55,128 nt of DNA from positions 1-55,128 of IMG/VR virus record IMGVR_UViG_3300037246_000495. One strand, 5' to 3'. This DNA is from a virus. Its lineage: Duplodnaviria > Caudoviricetes. Of the stretch, positions 19,431 through 28,810 are shown one piece after another. Both the position numbers and the translations under genes were made by a program. Below the pieces are notes generated by a model. The model searched no databases. It was not told the DNA's origin and was given only the letters and a program-made list of their open reading frames with translations. The stretch's first letter is position 1. Each line of letters begins with the position of its first letter.

Positions 19431-19504
19431 TTTTGTTTATTTTAAATGAATTGTACTTATTTATATTGGACACCGCCAATTATTACTAATAGCACCGCTA
19501 TTTA

Positions 19505-20350
19505 TTATTCTGATTTTGATGTTGTTAATTCCATGAACTCTTTAATTCCTTCTGGAGAACTTGGATTAACTCCTTTTTCATTAAGAAATTTGTGAGCTTC
19601 TTCAGGAGTTTTGCCGCCTTTTTTGGTACCAGATCCGCGATCTCCACCACCCATTCCTGAGCCTTTAACCCACTCTTTTTGTTCAATGAATGACTTAATG
19701 ACATTATCAACAGATTCTGGCTTACCTAATGAATCAACCATTAATTTTCCATCCTCTTTTCTCGTCATTGTTTGGGTTCCGTCCGACTCACCAAATTCAA
19801 ACGAATTAACAGTGATCATTAATGCATCACTTCTGCTTATCTTCATTTTCTCAGGAAGAGATTTTAATATTTTATTATTTCTCTCCTTAGTTTTAATTTC
19901 TCCCTGTAATCCCACATACGCCTTATCTTTATCCTCGACAGTTTTTAATGTATTTGAATGAGTTTCGAAAAGAGTCTTATATTTATCCTCTTCTGTCTTA
20001 AGCTTTCCTTCAAGCTCAATTTCTCTTTCACCTGGCTTTGGATTCTTATATTTCTCTTCAAGTGTAGATGTTATACTAGTAGTTAATTTTTCAACTATTT
20101 TGCTAGGATCTTTTTCACCAGCTGCTAAGTCTAACCCAGCTGCTTTGGATAGTTTTTTATAGCCTATCTCAATTCCAGCATCGGTTAGTGTTGTTTTTAA
20201 CTCGGCTTCATCAGCCTGCGTAATTACCCTACCAGATAATTTTAAATCAAGCGTTACTTCATTTTCTTTGGACAAAGCACCGCTTATTTCTTCCTCTGAC
20301 ACACCGGACAAAGTTGAAATCCATTTAATATTTGCTTGACTTAAACTCAT
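19505..20350 (-). CDS. Capsid scaffolding protein
   Basis: Lys/Glu-rich coiled coil with a Gly-rich linker (GSGMGGGDRGSG) near the C-terminus, upstream of the MCP. Confidence 0.7.
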   Translation of the reverse strand: MSLSQANIKWISTLSGVSEEEISGALSKENEVTLDLKLSGRVITQADEAELKTTLTDAGIEIGYKKLSKAAGLDLAAGEKDPSKIVEKLTTSITSTLEEKYKNPKPGEREIELEGKLKTEEDKYKTLFETHSNTLKTVEDKDKAYVGLQGEIKTKERNNKILKSLPEKMKISRSDALMITVNSFEFGESDGTQTMTRKEDGKLMVDSLGKPESVDNVIKSFIEQKEWVKGSGMGGGDRGSGTKKGGKTPEEAHKFLNEKGVNPSSPEGIKEFMELTTSKSE

Positions 20351-20353
20351 AAT

Positions 20354-20794
20354 TTAATTTTTCTTTTCGTTAATTCTTTCAATTAATTTATCGTCACTGA
20401 TGTCAGATCTAAAACTAACATCTAATTTTTTAGCTTGTGATTCTAGCTTTAATCTTGATTCAGACTTAATCACTTCAGGCTTAGCTTTCAATTCAGCTTT
20501 TAAACGCTCAATCTCATTTTTCATTGATAGAAACTTGTCTTCTTTGCTTTTAATAGCCTCAGATTCAGCTTTTCTATCATCTTCAGCCTTCTGATTAGCT
20601 TCGTCTTGTTCTTTAGAACTCACGTAATAAACGCCGCTTCTTTTCCATCCCTTATTAAGAACATCAGCGTGTCGCTGCTCTAATCTACAATCAGCCTTGA
20701 TTAAATCCCCTATTACGGGCTTACCATCTTCAATCACAACTCTACCAGTGCCATGATCTTTTTTCAGGTAATGTTTGTTAAATGATTTTTCCAT
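20354..20794 (-). CDS. Head-module protein with C-terminal helix-extension-helix (HeH/Rho_N-like) motif
   Basis: C-terminal RLKLESQAKKLDVSFRSDISDDKLIERINE. Confidence 0.55.
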   Translation of the reverse strand: MEKSFNKHYLKKDHGTGRVVIEDGKPVIGDLIKADCRLEQRHADVLNKGWKRSGVYYVSSKEQDEANQKAEDDRKAESEAIKSKEDKFLSMKNEIERLKAELKAKPEVIKSESRLKLESQAKKLDVSFRSDISDDKLIERINEKKN

Positions 20795-22431
20795 TATTCT
20801 ACTATATTTATATTAGTACTCTTTGAATTTGCAAATTCTTCTAATTGCTTATCTAATGTTTTTAATTCACCATCAATAACCTCTTTAATAGTTTTGGTTT
20901 GCATCCAATCAGAGAAGTAAAGTTTCTTTTTATAATCAACTTCGGCAACACCAAGGCTTTTAACTGTTACGATATCCCAATGAACAAACGGCTCTAACTT
21001 AACCTTTTTCATCTCATAAGCGAATGCCATTCCATTTTCTCTGAATTCACTCTCTAGGAATTGAGCCAGTAATAAATCAAGTGTTGTAATTGGTGCATTC
21101 TTTTCTTTTGACTTTAAATACTTATCCCAAATCTGATCAGGTGTTTCAATTAAGTATCGTCTACCATATTGAATAAATGCTCTTTCGAATGTTTCAGGAT
21201 AATAAAACTCACCGAGTAAATCAACAAGATTAGTATGTATTAACTCAATTGATGAACTGTAGCGATCTAATCTATTATTTACGGGCTGAACATCTATAAA
21301 TCGCCCTGTTGCTGTTTCGTTATCACCTGCCTCTTGAGTGGTCCCCCAATGTGAATAATAAATCAACTCAGCTGATCTATCTACGGAATCAGTCATCAGC
21401 TTCCATGCTTCTGTTGGCATTGTTATAAATCCCGAGATATCTGGAGCAATCTTTTGCTCATCTCCTCTTGGTATTTTAAGCTTAATACTATCAGTTACAT
21501 CTTTTCGTGTGTTTTGTCCTGTCCCATTACAAGATGGGCAATCAATATCACCTCTATTCCTATCTTGACCTTGTATTGATCCAGATCCGCTACACTTATT
21601 ACAATCGTCGATATAAATCCACTGTTGAGGATAGTTATGAAAGAACTCAGCAATAGATAACACTGAGTTAGAAACTAGATGTTTATTTAATAGCTCTACC
21701 TGAGCATCAATAGGCGACTTCTTCCATCCTGTTACTGGATCAATAAGATTAGAGCATAATACAGCTGGGACCTTCTCGAAGCTATTAGGAATAACCTGAA
21801 GCTCTTTTATATCTTCACCGCTAACCTCGTATAAGTAATAGGCATCACTATTGACATACCAAAACGTTATCGTTTCAGCAGCTTCCTTATCCTCTCCCTT
21901 GGTTATCACATGAGGCTCGAATATTACCCAATCAACATGAATACCATTCTGCTCGTATGCTCTTATCGAATGGATGCTTTTATAAGTCGGTAATGCTTTA
22001 TTATTCTCTGATCCTTCCTCTGGTATTTCTATAAAAGTCAACCCATTAGGATCAACTAGGAAGTTATGGAACCACACTTGTTCTATATACTGAGACATAG
22101 ATAAGCCGCCCTTAACGTTAGTAAGCTGCTTTATAAACTCTTCTTTAGCCGTATCAGATGTGAACTCGTAAGTCTTAGAACCGCCTCTTGCACTAAAAGC
22201 ATTGTCAACGTTCCTCAATAAATCCTCAACAACTGCCTTATTTGAAATAGCATGTTTTTGACGTGCTTCAAATTGGCTCTCATTCTCATAATTATTAATC
22301 TTGGCTAGATATTTTTGCATACCTACACCATCAACATGAAGTCTTAGTTTATCGTTCATGCATCTAGCCGCATCAATGCGTGGATCAAGCTCCCCTAATA
22401 CAATGTCCTTAATTTCAATTAGTGTTGGCAT
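20794..22431 (-). CDS. Portal protein with inserted DnaJ-type zinc finger
   Basis: 545 aa between terminase and scaffold. Contains CNKCSGSG and CPSCNGTG, plus ETATGRFID. Confidence 0.75.
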   Translation of the reverse strand: MPTLIEIKDIVLGELDPRIDAARCMNDKLRLHVDGVGMQKYLAKINNYENESQFEARQKHAISNKAVVEDLLRNVDNAFSARGGSKTYEFTSDTAKEEFIKQLTNVKGGLSMSQYIEQVWFHNFLVDPNGLTFIEIPEEGSENNKALPTYKSIHSIRAYEQNGIHVDWVIFEPHVITKGEDKEAAETITFWYVNSDAYYLYEVSGEDIKELQVIPNSFEKVPAVLCSNLIDPVTGWKKSPIDAQVELLNKHLVSNSVLSIAEFFHNYPQQWIYIDDCNKCSGSGSIQGQDRNRGDIDCPSCNGTGQNTRKDVTDSIKLKIPRGDEQKIAPDISGFITMPTEAWKLMTDSVDRSAELIYYSHWGTTQEAGDNETATGRFIDVQPVNNRLDRYSSSIELIHTNLVDLLGEFYYPETFERAFIQYGRRYLIETPDQIWDKYLKSKEKNAPITTLDLLLAQFLESEFRENGMAFAYEMKKVKLEPFVHWDIVTVKSLGVAEVDYKKKLYFSDWMQTKTIKEVIDGELKTLDKQLEEFANSKSTNINIVE

Positions 22432-22453
22432 ATTGTTTTAAATAATTATTTCA

Positions 22454-22511
22454 TAAAGGTAACGAAATTAATTTAATTAAAATACAAATTAATTTATGTG
22501 TTGTACGGCAT
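22454..22511 (-). promoter_or_regulatory. Motif upstream of the portal promoter (36-nt gap)
   Basis: GTGTTGTACGGCAT 22498-22511. TACCTTTA on minus at 22454-22461. Confidence 0.55.
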
Positions 22512-22533
22512 GTTTTGCGGAGAATAGGAAATA

Positions 22534-22560
22534 AAAAAACCTGAGCGATTAAACTCAGGT
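22534..22560 (-). terminator. Intrinsic terminator
   Basis: acctgag...ctcaggt with an A-run on the plus strand (T-run on minus). Confidence 0.7.
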
Positions 22561-22633
22561 GTTATTTATTTACAAGTAAAGCACATGTTCATTTACGTAC
22601 ATTCACTTTAGCTGGGTATTACCAACAATGGTA

Positions 22634-22780
22634 TTACTTAAGCTTGGCAATAAGTTTTTCATTATCATTAGCTAATCTTCTTACAATGTAATACATCATC
22701 TCTGTGTCATCCATCGAAAGAGCTCTATCTATTAAATCTCTATTCTTTTCAATTTGTTTTTTAATTTTCTCTTTATCCAT
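22634..22780 (-). CDS. Small hypothetical protein (likely start MDKEKIK)
   Basis: Part of ORF 22634-22831, with an A-rich start context at 22780. Confidence 0.45.
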   Translation of the reverse strand: MDKEKIKKQIEKNRDLIDRALSMDDTEMMYYIVRRLANDNEKLIAKLK

Positions 22781-22824
22781 AATTTTAAAAGTTGGTAATA
22801 TTAAATAAAAACAATAAAAAATTA

Positions 22825-23007
22825 CTAGCATTCATGCTCTTTATCGGCATATAGATTACAGCCGCACTCGCAACAAAATCCAGTAATCCCTTTCTCTTTC
22901 ATTTCAGAAAATTGAGTTTCGATATTATTAATACTCTTATCTGCCATCGCACATAATCTATCTATGTATTCCTTACTTCTTTCGCCTTTTAATTTCTCAG
23001 TTGCCAT
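22825..23007 (-). CDS. Small Cys-rich hypothetical protein
   Basis: 60 aa with a C-terminal CCECGC...HEC. Confidence 0.5.
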   Translation of the reverse strand: MATEKLKGERSKEYIDRLCAMADKSINNIETQFSEMKEKGITGFCCECGCNLYADKEHEC

Positions 23008-23061
23008 TATCGTAATTTTTAAAAGTTCTTATTATTGGTCATTATTAATACTATTGAGCTG

Positions 23062-23116
23062 TAAATCTAACACCTTAATATTTACCATCAAATAAATAGG
23101 ATATGTTGTGTAACAC
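23062..23116 (-). promoter_or_regulatory. Palindromic motif plus -7 box (33-nt gap)
   Basis: ATGTTGTGTAACAC, with TAGATTTA on minus. Confidence 0.7.
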
Positions 23117-23155
23117 TTTAAGCAAGAAAACCTCCCAATTATGAGAGGCTTTTTA

Positions 23156-23404
23156 TTACGATGCCTTTTTCGTATGGGTTACTGTTATGTGCCATACGAA
23201 TACCCAATAATTAGTTTCTTCTTTATATGCATGTCCCCTTTTCGCGTTCCATCCCCATACGTAGTTCTTCTGAGGGAATAAATAACAATACTTCTTCATC
23301 CTTTTAACTCTTATATCAAGATGTTTAAATCTAAATATATTGAACGGTTGTATAAACGAGATACACCCAAATAACTCTTTGGTTGTCTTGTTGTAGATTT
23401 TCAT
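23156..23404 (-). CDS. Hypothetical protein
   Basis: 82-aa aromatic-rich ORF followed by a terminator at 23127-23154. Confidence 0.5.
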   Translation of the reverse strand: MKIYNKTTKELFGCISFIQPFNIFRFKHLDIRVKRMKKYCYLFPQKNYVWGWNAKRGHAYKEETNYWVFVWHITVTHTKKAS

Positions 23405-23441
23405 TTTTCAGTTTATTAGCTTTATTATTATTAGGTGTTCT

Positions 23442-24125
23442 TTATGGTTGTCTATCTTCGCAATCAAACGCTCTGCCCATGCAGAATCCGCCTTTATAGT
23501 ATATGCATTGTGCATTTTTACAGTAACAGGTATCTACTTCTTTACTCTCATTAATGTAAGGTGATGGTTTTAGTTTAATAATACTCGTAACGTCAACGTC
23601 TTTGTTTTTAAGTTTGCTTAATTCAGCCTCTCGACATGATATTAATCCTTCAGCGGTAGCGCAAGCTCCTGTCATTTCTGGCCTATCCTCTAATGTTGTA
23701 ATTACAGATTCAAATAGTCCAATCTCTGATGAAAGATCATTTAATTTATCAGCTACTTTTTTACCATCTAATCTTCTACCTGTTGCCGATTCGCTTTCGG
23801 TATCATCTATTTTACCGTAGACAGATTCAAATATATTTAACCACGCCTTAACACCCTCATCTTCTGTTTTTATAAAGTGATTAAAATGTCCCTCATCACT
23901 AACACTTGTCATATTAACAATGCATTTAGTATCGATTAATCCCCAATCAAATGATTCGTGTGACGATTTAATAATGCCAGTAAAGATAAATGTATTTTCA
24001 TCTATAATGTGCCTCACCCAATCTCTCAATAAGTCTTTATTGGCGTTAATTAATCTATCTTCAATATAGTTTGATTTATCGCCTGCATTGATTCTTTCAG
24101 TTGTGAATCTGTGTATTGTACCCAT
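23442..24125 (-). CDS. Hypothetical protein with Cys-rich C-terminus
   Basis: 227 aa ending CYCKNAQC...C...C. Confidence 0.6.
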   Translation of the reverse strand: MGTIHRFTTERINAGDKSNYIEDRLINANKDLLRDWVRHIIDENTFIFTGIIKSSHESFDWGLIDTKCIVNMTSVSDEGHFNHFIKTEDEGVKAWLNIFESVYGKIDDTESESATGRRLDGKKVADKLNDLSSEIGLFESVITTLEDRPEMTGACATAEGLISCREAELSKLKNKDVDVTSIIKLKPSPYINESKEVDTCYCKNAQCIYYKGGFCMGRAFDCEDRQP

Positions 24126-24126
24126 A

Positions 24127-24381
24127 TCATTTAGTATTAATTAATCCTGTTCGCTTCTCAACATGAATTCTCATTAAGTAGCTATGTTCATTCAGACTTA
24201 GTGCTCTTTCTTTACTTGAATTAACTATCATGTCGATGTTTCTATTCACCTCAACATCATCACCCTTTAATTCTTTAATCCAATCTATATCGCTTATATC
24301 TGTAAAGTCTTTACCAATGTTAGAGTAAGACTTATCTATTACTTTATTACAACCTTTATTTTCGTTAGCTTTATTACTCAT
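24127..24381 (-). CDS. Hypothetical protein
   Basis: 84 aa. First gene after a motif promoter. Confidence 0.5.
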   Translation of the reverse strand: MSNKANENKGCNKVIDKSYSNIGKDFTDISDIDWIKELKGDDVEVNRNIDMIVNSSKERALSLNEHSYLMRIHVEKRTGLINTK

Positions 24382-24406
24382 ATTATTTAGCTTAGATTAA
24401 TAATAT

Positions 24407-24461
24407 GCAATTTAATCATTACTTAATTGAATAATGAAAGTTTAAGTATGTTATGGAACAT
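24407..24461 (-). promoter_or_regulatory. Palindromic motif plus -7 box (33-nt gap)
   Basis: ATGTTATGGAACAT, with TAAATTGC on minus. Confidence 0.7.
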
Positions 24462-24469
24462 GTTGATGT

Positions 24470-25888
24470 TTACCAGAATGCGGATCTTTCCACAACTAGC
24501 TCGAAAATCATTCTCATTAATAGCATATCAAGATAATCGGGTGAGTGACCGAGTAGTTCTTTCATCTTGTCTTTCTTAATCAATCGCTTCTTATCTACAT
24601 CTACATTATCTCTCTTCAAGCATGTTGATAGCTCTTGTTTTATAGCCTCTTCTTGCTGTGGACTGCAATTGATCTTTATTGATCGCTTGTTTATTAATTC
24701 AGCGAGTTTAAAGCCGCACTCATCTTTTAATATTCCATATTCTTTCTTGTTAATAGCGCCCGATCCACCGTGAAATGTTTTAATATTCTTAATGTATGAT
24801 TCAAGATAAGACCCTAGCCCATCACTATCCGCTACTATTTGAGTATTACCAACCCTATTTATTGTTTTCAATTCCTTAAGCGCAAGCTCAATGTCTCTAC
24901 CTGTGCATTTTTGCATATCAATAGCGACATTACAAACAAGACCACTCCAGTATCCAGCAATAAATTTATCACGGCCTTGCATTGCCAGGTCAGCACTAAT
25001 CCTTCCATTACCTCCTTGAATATGGCTATTTGTAAATAGATCACATATAGCATCATAATCACATAGTTTTCTAGGGTCGTCATCGTAATCAAAGTTTCCA
25101 TGCACCTGTCTTTCAATTGTTGCCGTATCGCCTGTTGCGATTAAGTCATCTATCCATTCTTTAACCGATGGGTGAGGATTATCAGATGGTAAAGCTTGTA
25201 TAAACTTCTTGATTATTGATTCTGTTTTATCCCTGAACGGTATCCAATATCTTGAATACACATGGTTTTTATCTGGATTAAAGCACTCGAATAGCTTTCT
25301 CTTGATATTATATGTGTCGTTTTCTCTCCACCCTGTACGCTCAAATAGCTTATTAACAACAGTTATATTAGTTTCATTAGACTCATCTATTGCGCATTTA
25401 GTTAACTCAAACCCCCCAAATCGAGTATTGAGAGGATCAGACGGCTTATACATCGAATCGATTAAAAATATATCAGATCCATTATTGAAAATAAGTTTAT
25501 TTAGTTCTTGATTGTAATTATAATGAGTGTCGTTATTGAGAATACCCTTCACTGCCTCGAATCCATAGAACCCTAACTGTTTAAATAGAGTTATAAGAAC
25601 AGTTCTTTTAAGAGTTGTTAGCTCCTTTCTTGCTAATCCCCATGCAATGCCAGGATAAGCCGTGCAGTCGAATATCATTGCGGTACATTCGATTATCGAC
25701 TTCCCAGAACGTGCCGAACCACCATAACCCACATGCGTAGTAACATTATCAGACAGTAATTCAATCGCTCTGACCTGCTTTTTTGTCATATAAAAATAAT
25801 CCCCATTAGCATATTTACCAATAGGGATTGACGAATACTCTTTACGCTTATAAAGCTCTATATAGATGTCAAATTCGTGCTTATTCAA
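24470..25888 (-). CDS. terL: Terminase large subunit
   Basis: Walker A GYGGSARSGKS, Walker B CAIDES, FNP coupling motif, nuclease ADLA/DSDGLG and C-terminal HSPDYLD. Confidence 0.95.
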   Translation of the reverse strand: MNKHEFDIYIELYKRKEYSSIPIGKYANGDYFYMTKKQVRAIELLSDNVTTHVGYGGSARSGKSIIECTAMIFDCTAYPGIAWGLARKELTTLKRTVLITLFKQLGFYGFEAVKGILNNDTHYNYNQELNKLIFNNGSDIFLIDSMYKPSDPLNTRFGGFELTKCAIDESNETNITVVNKLFERTGWRENDTYNIKRKLFECFNPDKNHVYSRYWIPFRDKTESIIKKFIQALPSDNPHPSVKEWIDDLIATGDTATIERQVHGNFDYDDDPRKLCDYDAICDLFTNSHIQGGNGRISADLAMQGRDKFIAGYWSGLVCNVAIDMQKCTGRDIELALKELKTINRVGNTQIVADSDGLGSYLESYIKNIKTFHGGSGAINKKEYGILKDECGFKLAELINKRSIKINCSPQQEEAIKQELSTCLKRDNVDVDKKRLIKKDKMKELLGHSPDYLDMLLMRMIFELVVERSAFW

Positions 25889-26490
25889 TTGTCTTTATTG
25901 TCGATTATACTCATCGCATTAGCTCTTGCCACTAGGTCTTCTGTTGAAAGTTTAGATATATCATTTAATGACTTACCTTTAGTTGTATGATCAACCTTAT
26001 CAGGCTCATTATAACCCATCATTTTATTAATCTCTGATATTGCTGGTAGTTTCGGGAATAACTTAATCTTAACGAATTCAATATTTATCTCACCATCCTC
26101 TCCTACTTTCATCGTCTTGGTTTCAGTGCTTTCAATTGCTGCTTTCTGAATCTCTGTCAACTCATTGAAATCCATAAGTTTAATCCATGTATCATGAAGA
26201 CTTGCGATACTCGAATAAGCTATTTTAGCAAGCTCTTTTAGGTTTCTTAATTTTGACACTCCAGCCTCTATTTCCAAGTCATTTTTTATAAAGTCAATAT
26301 ATTGCTTAATGTAATCTTTTGTAAATATGGCATAAGCTATCTGTCTAGCCGAATCTTCACTGTATCCAGCGGCTCTTGCAGCCCTTGCTTTATTCCAATC
26401 AATGATATATTCATGACAAATAATAAGCTCCTTATCGGTGAGCTTTTCGTCTAGTTGGGAGCGTGTATATTTTTCAGCTTCTTCAGCCAT
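25885..26490 (-). CDS. terS: Terminase small subunit (likely start MAEEAEK at 26490)
   Basis: LTDKE..CHEYIIDWNKARAARAAGYSE..ARQIA (Terminase_2-type) and KVDHTTKG, directly upstream of terL. Confidence 0.92.
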   Translation of the reverse strand: MAEEAEKYTRSQLDEKLTDKELIICHEYIIDWNKARAARAAGYSEDSARQIAYAIFTKDYIKQYIDFIKNDLEIEAGVSKLRNLKELAKIAYSSIASLHDTWIKLMDFNELTEIQKAAIESTETKTMKVGEDGEINIEFVKIKLFPKLPAISEINKMMGYNEPDKVDHTTKGKSLNDISKLSTEDLVARANAMSIIDNKDN

Positions 26491-26548
26491 TTTATTGTGT
26501 TTTAATGTACCCCAAATATACGAATAAATTTTAACATGCTTTAAATGC

Positions 26549-26581
26549 AAAAACCCGACCTAAATTAATAGATCGGGTTTT
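26549..26581. terminator. Intrinsic terminator ending the tRNA-like transcript
   Basis: aaaaacccgaccta...tagatcgggtttt. Confidence 0.8.
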
Positions 26582-26647
26582 GTAATTACGACTCAAACCG
26601 AACCGGTCGTTTCTTTTTATGGTTTTACTACGGTCTTCTCAAAGTTT

Positions 26648-26720
26648 GAGGATAGACAGGATTCCATACCTGTGTTTTCGTGTAAACCACGTGTCCTAGA
26701 AGCTCCTAGACGACTATCCA
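26648..26720 (-). ncRNA. tRNA-like RNA (pseudo-tRNA) with shortened anticodon arm
   Basis: The minus strand folds into acceptor GGATAG/CTATCC, a TCGTCTAG...AGGAC D-arm, CGTG-GTTTA-CACG, and T-arm ACAGG-TATGGAAT-CCTGT. No encoded CCA. Confidence 0.6.
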
Positions 26721-26777
26721 ATAAATAAGAATCTTGGACCTTTCGTGTACCTTACTAACTCCGTTCTTATTCTACTG

Positions 26778-26823
26778 TAAATATAACCCTTTAAATCTTC
26801 CCCTGCAACATGTTGTATAGCAT
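26778..26823 (-). promoter_or_regulatory. Motif plus -7 box (24-nt gap) driving the tRNA-like unit
   Basis: ATGTTGTATAGCAT, with TATATTTA on minus. Confidence 0.6.
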
Positions 26824-26839
26824 GCTCGGGGTGGGTTTA

Positions 26840-27127
26840 TTATTCAACCTTAAATGTCACACTATCACCATGCGTATAGAGTTTTCCTTTATTTACACAC
26901 GTATTGCCTCTGCCTTTTACGTACGCATCACAATTAGACTTACCGCAGTCGTTTTTTCCTACGACATCATCATACAATCCACACCATATGAAGAATTTCT
27001 CCTTAGTATCCTTAATTGCTTTCAGTACAGAAATCTCTTTAACACCATCAGACTTTGCTATTTCCATAAAATAATCTAAAGAATAACATTCTGTAGCATC
27101 TTCATTTTCAAAATATAATTTCTTCAT
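26840..27127 (-). CDS. Cys-rich hypothetical phage protein (likely start MKKLYF)
   Basis: Part of ORF 26840-27166, with a C..CGK.C..Y....G..C pattern. Confidence 0.55.
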   Translation of the reverse strand: MKKLYFENEDATECYSLDYFMEIAKSDGVKEISVLKAIKDTKEKFFIWCGLYDDVVGKNDCGKSNCDAYVKGRGNTCVNKGKLYTHGDSVTFKVE

Positions 27128-27159
27128 ATCTCTATTTATTTTACCTCTCGGTTGTTGAA

Positions 27160-27348
27160 TTAACAATCATCTTCACACTTCAACTCTGTTTTAAATGCTA
27201 CACTTACATTTATTATCGCTTCGCAATGCATACATGACTGAGTATTTGGATTGTTATTTGGTGATATCTGCTCGGGAATACCACGCTCTAATGACACCGC
27301 CTCCCCTTTGCAATTAGGGCATATTATTTTATCTCTATATCTTGCCAT
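27160..27348 (-). CDS. Small zinc-ribbon protein
   Basis: CPNC...CMHC. Confidence 0.55.
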   Translation of the reverse strand: MARYRDKIICPNCKGEAVSLERGIPEQISPNNNPNTQSCMHCEAIINVSVAFKTELKCEDDC

Positions 27349-27384
27349 ACCTCTATTTTTTCACCATCTCTGGCTTTTGGTTAA

Positions 27385-27624
27385 TTACTCGCTCATTAAT
27401 TTAGTCAATGCGTTATCTGCAAAAACACCTATATTCTTAGCAAAAGCATAAGGACTATCCTTATATCGATATGCGACATCATCTAAATCAGTGTGCATTT
27501 TATCAAACACTTCAATGAATATCTCAATATTCTCTTTGCGCTTTTCATCTACTGAAGAATCTGCAATTGGATTGATAGGCCTAATTAGCTTTTTAATTAC
27601 TTCATAAATTTGTTCAGAATTCAT
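27385..27624 (-). CDS. Hypothetical protein
   Basis: 79-aa ORF. Confidence 0.55.
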   Translation of the reverse strand: MNSEQIYEVIKKLIRPINPIADSSVDEKRKENIEIFIEVFDKMHTDLDDVAYRYKDSPYAFAKNIGVFADNALTKLMSE

Positions 27625-27666
27625 ATCTATATTTTTATGCCCAGTTTACTTAGGCTTGGTGGTTAA

Positions 27667-27990
27667 TTATAATGCAAACGGTGTTTTTATAAATACGCCT
27701 TTAAACGGAAAGAATACAAATCCTTCAGCCATATTATCTCCGATCATAACGTCCATGTTCATATACTCAACATCACAGAAGGACATGTTAGAATCTTGCT
27801 TTTGTACTCCATTAGGCATCGTGCTCACAATATCAGATTCACCGCACGGACCATGCTTTAATATTGATTCTTCAATCTCTTTTATAATTGATTCTGGAAC
27901 GTCATCAATACATTCAATAGATTTAGATATCGGCTCCAGATGATTTTTTATTATACTTCCAAAGATCGGAGTTAAATTATCTGTATTCAT
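27667..27990 (-). CDS. Hypothetical acidic protein
   Basis: 107 aa after a motif promoter. Confidence 0.55.
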   Translation of the reverse strand: MNTDNLTPIFGSIIKNHLEPISKSIECIDDVPESIIKEIEESILKHGPCGESDIVSTMPNGVQKQDSNMSFCDVEYMNMDVMIGDNMAEGFVFFPFKGVFIKTPFAL

Positions 27991-28018
27991 AACCTCATTT
28001 TTATTAGTTTAACATACC

Positions 28019-28073
28019 ACAATCTACAAAATCACATTTACGTGATGAAATATATTGATATGTTGTGGGGCAG
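28019..28073 (-). promoter_or_regulatory. Motif plus -7 box (33-nt gap)
   Basis: ATGTTGTGGGGCAG, with TAGATTGT on minus. Confidence 0.65.
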
Positions 28074-28119
28074 GTTTATACAAAAGCCCAGATAGAATTA
28101 ACTAACTAGGCTTATACTA

Positions 28120-28722
28120 TCAGGATTGAGTCAGAAAAGTATATCCAGAATCAAACACTCCATGATCGAAATAAAATATGATACTTTTTCTTGTATTCTC
28201 ATGCAGAATAATATCATCTTGCTTATCAAACCACGCTAACGTTTCATTTCTAATATCGTCAGAATTAGTAATATTTTTAAATTTTCTAGTCATAGCATTC
28301 CAATCAGCTACCATCTCCATCTCATAAATTAGAGGCATCTCAAGCGGAACAATCTCCTTGTTTTTAATATCCAGCCAATATTGCCAATGATGTTTATTGT
28401 TATGCTTATGATTCTGCCATGCCTCATTGAATCTCCTAGTATTTTCAGATCCATATCTTAATATCTGGCTGCACTTATAAGCTGGAGGGTGAAGATTAAG
28501 ACGACAATATACGGCTCCATAACTACTATCATCCAAATGATAACAATCATCACAACTAACACCGAAAAAGTAATCACGATATTGCTTAAATTCAGATCTA
28601 CTAAATTTAGATAAGTCATGCTTTAGTAACTGCCATCTACTTAATCCAAGTTTCCGACCTTCAATAAATACATTCTTTTTGTGTTCGATAATGTACTTTA
28701 AGTAGTTAATTGTTGAATTCAT
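28120..28722 (-). CDS. HD-like protein (DUF5662-type)
   Basis: HK..V, HDLSKFS..EF, AWQNHKHNNKHHWQYW and EMVADW. Confidence 0.75.
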   Translation of the reverse strand: MNSTINYLKYIIEHKKNVFIEGRKLGLSRWQLLKHDLSKFSRSEFKQYRDYFFGVSCDDCYHLDDSSYGAVYCRLNLHPPAYKCSQILRYGSENTRRFNEAWQNHKHNNKHHWQYWLDIKNKEIVPLEMPLIYEMEMVADWNAMTRKFKNITNSDDIRNETLAWFDKQDDIILHENTRKSIIFYFDHGVFDSGYTFLTQS

Positions 28723-28810
28723 AATTTTAGATTTATTTTAAGTTATTGATTATTCTATACGGCGTTTTACCGTACCCATTATTTTGCTACCCTCGGTTAA
28801 ACCGATAGTG

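Noticed and set aside
26648-26720. tRNA-like element as an ochre suppressor (TTA anticodon)
   Set aside because: Placing TTA at positions 34-36 destroys the anticodon stem pairing, and TAA is the dominant stop codon in this genome.
28757-28810. Two small intergenic hairpins (tacgg...ccgta and tcggttaaaccga) as an ncRNA
   Set aside because: The stems are short, with no dedicated promoter or terminator, and could be chance or simple mRNA stability elements.
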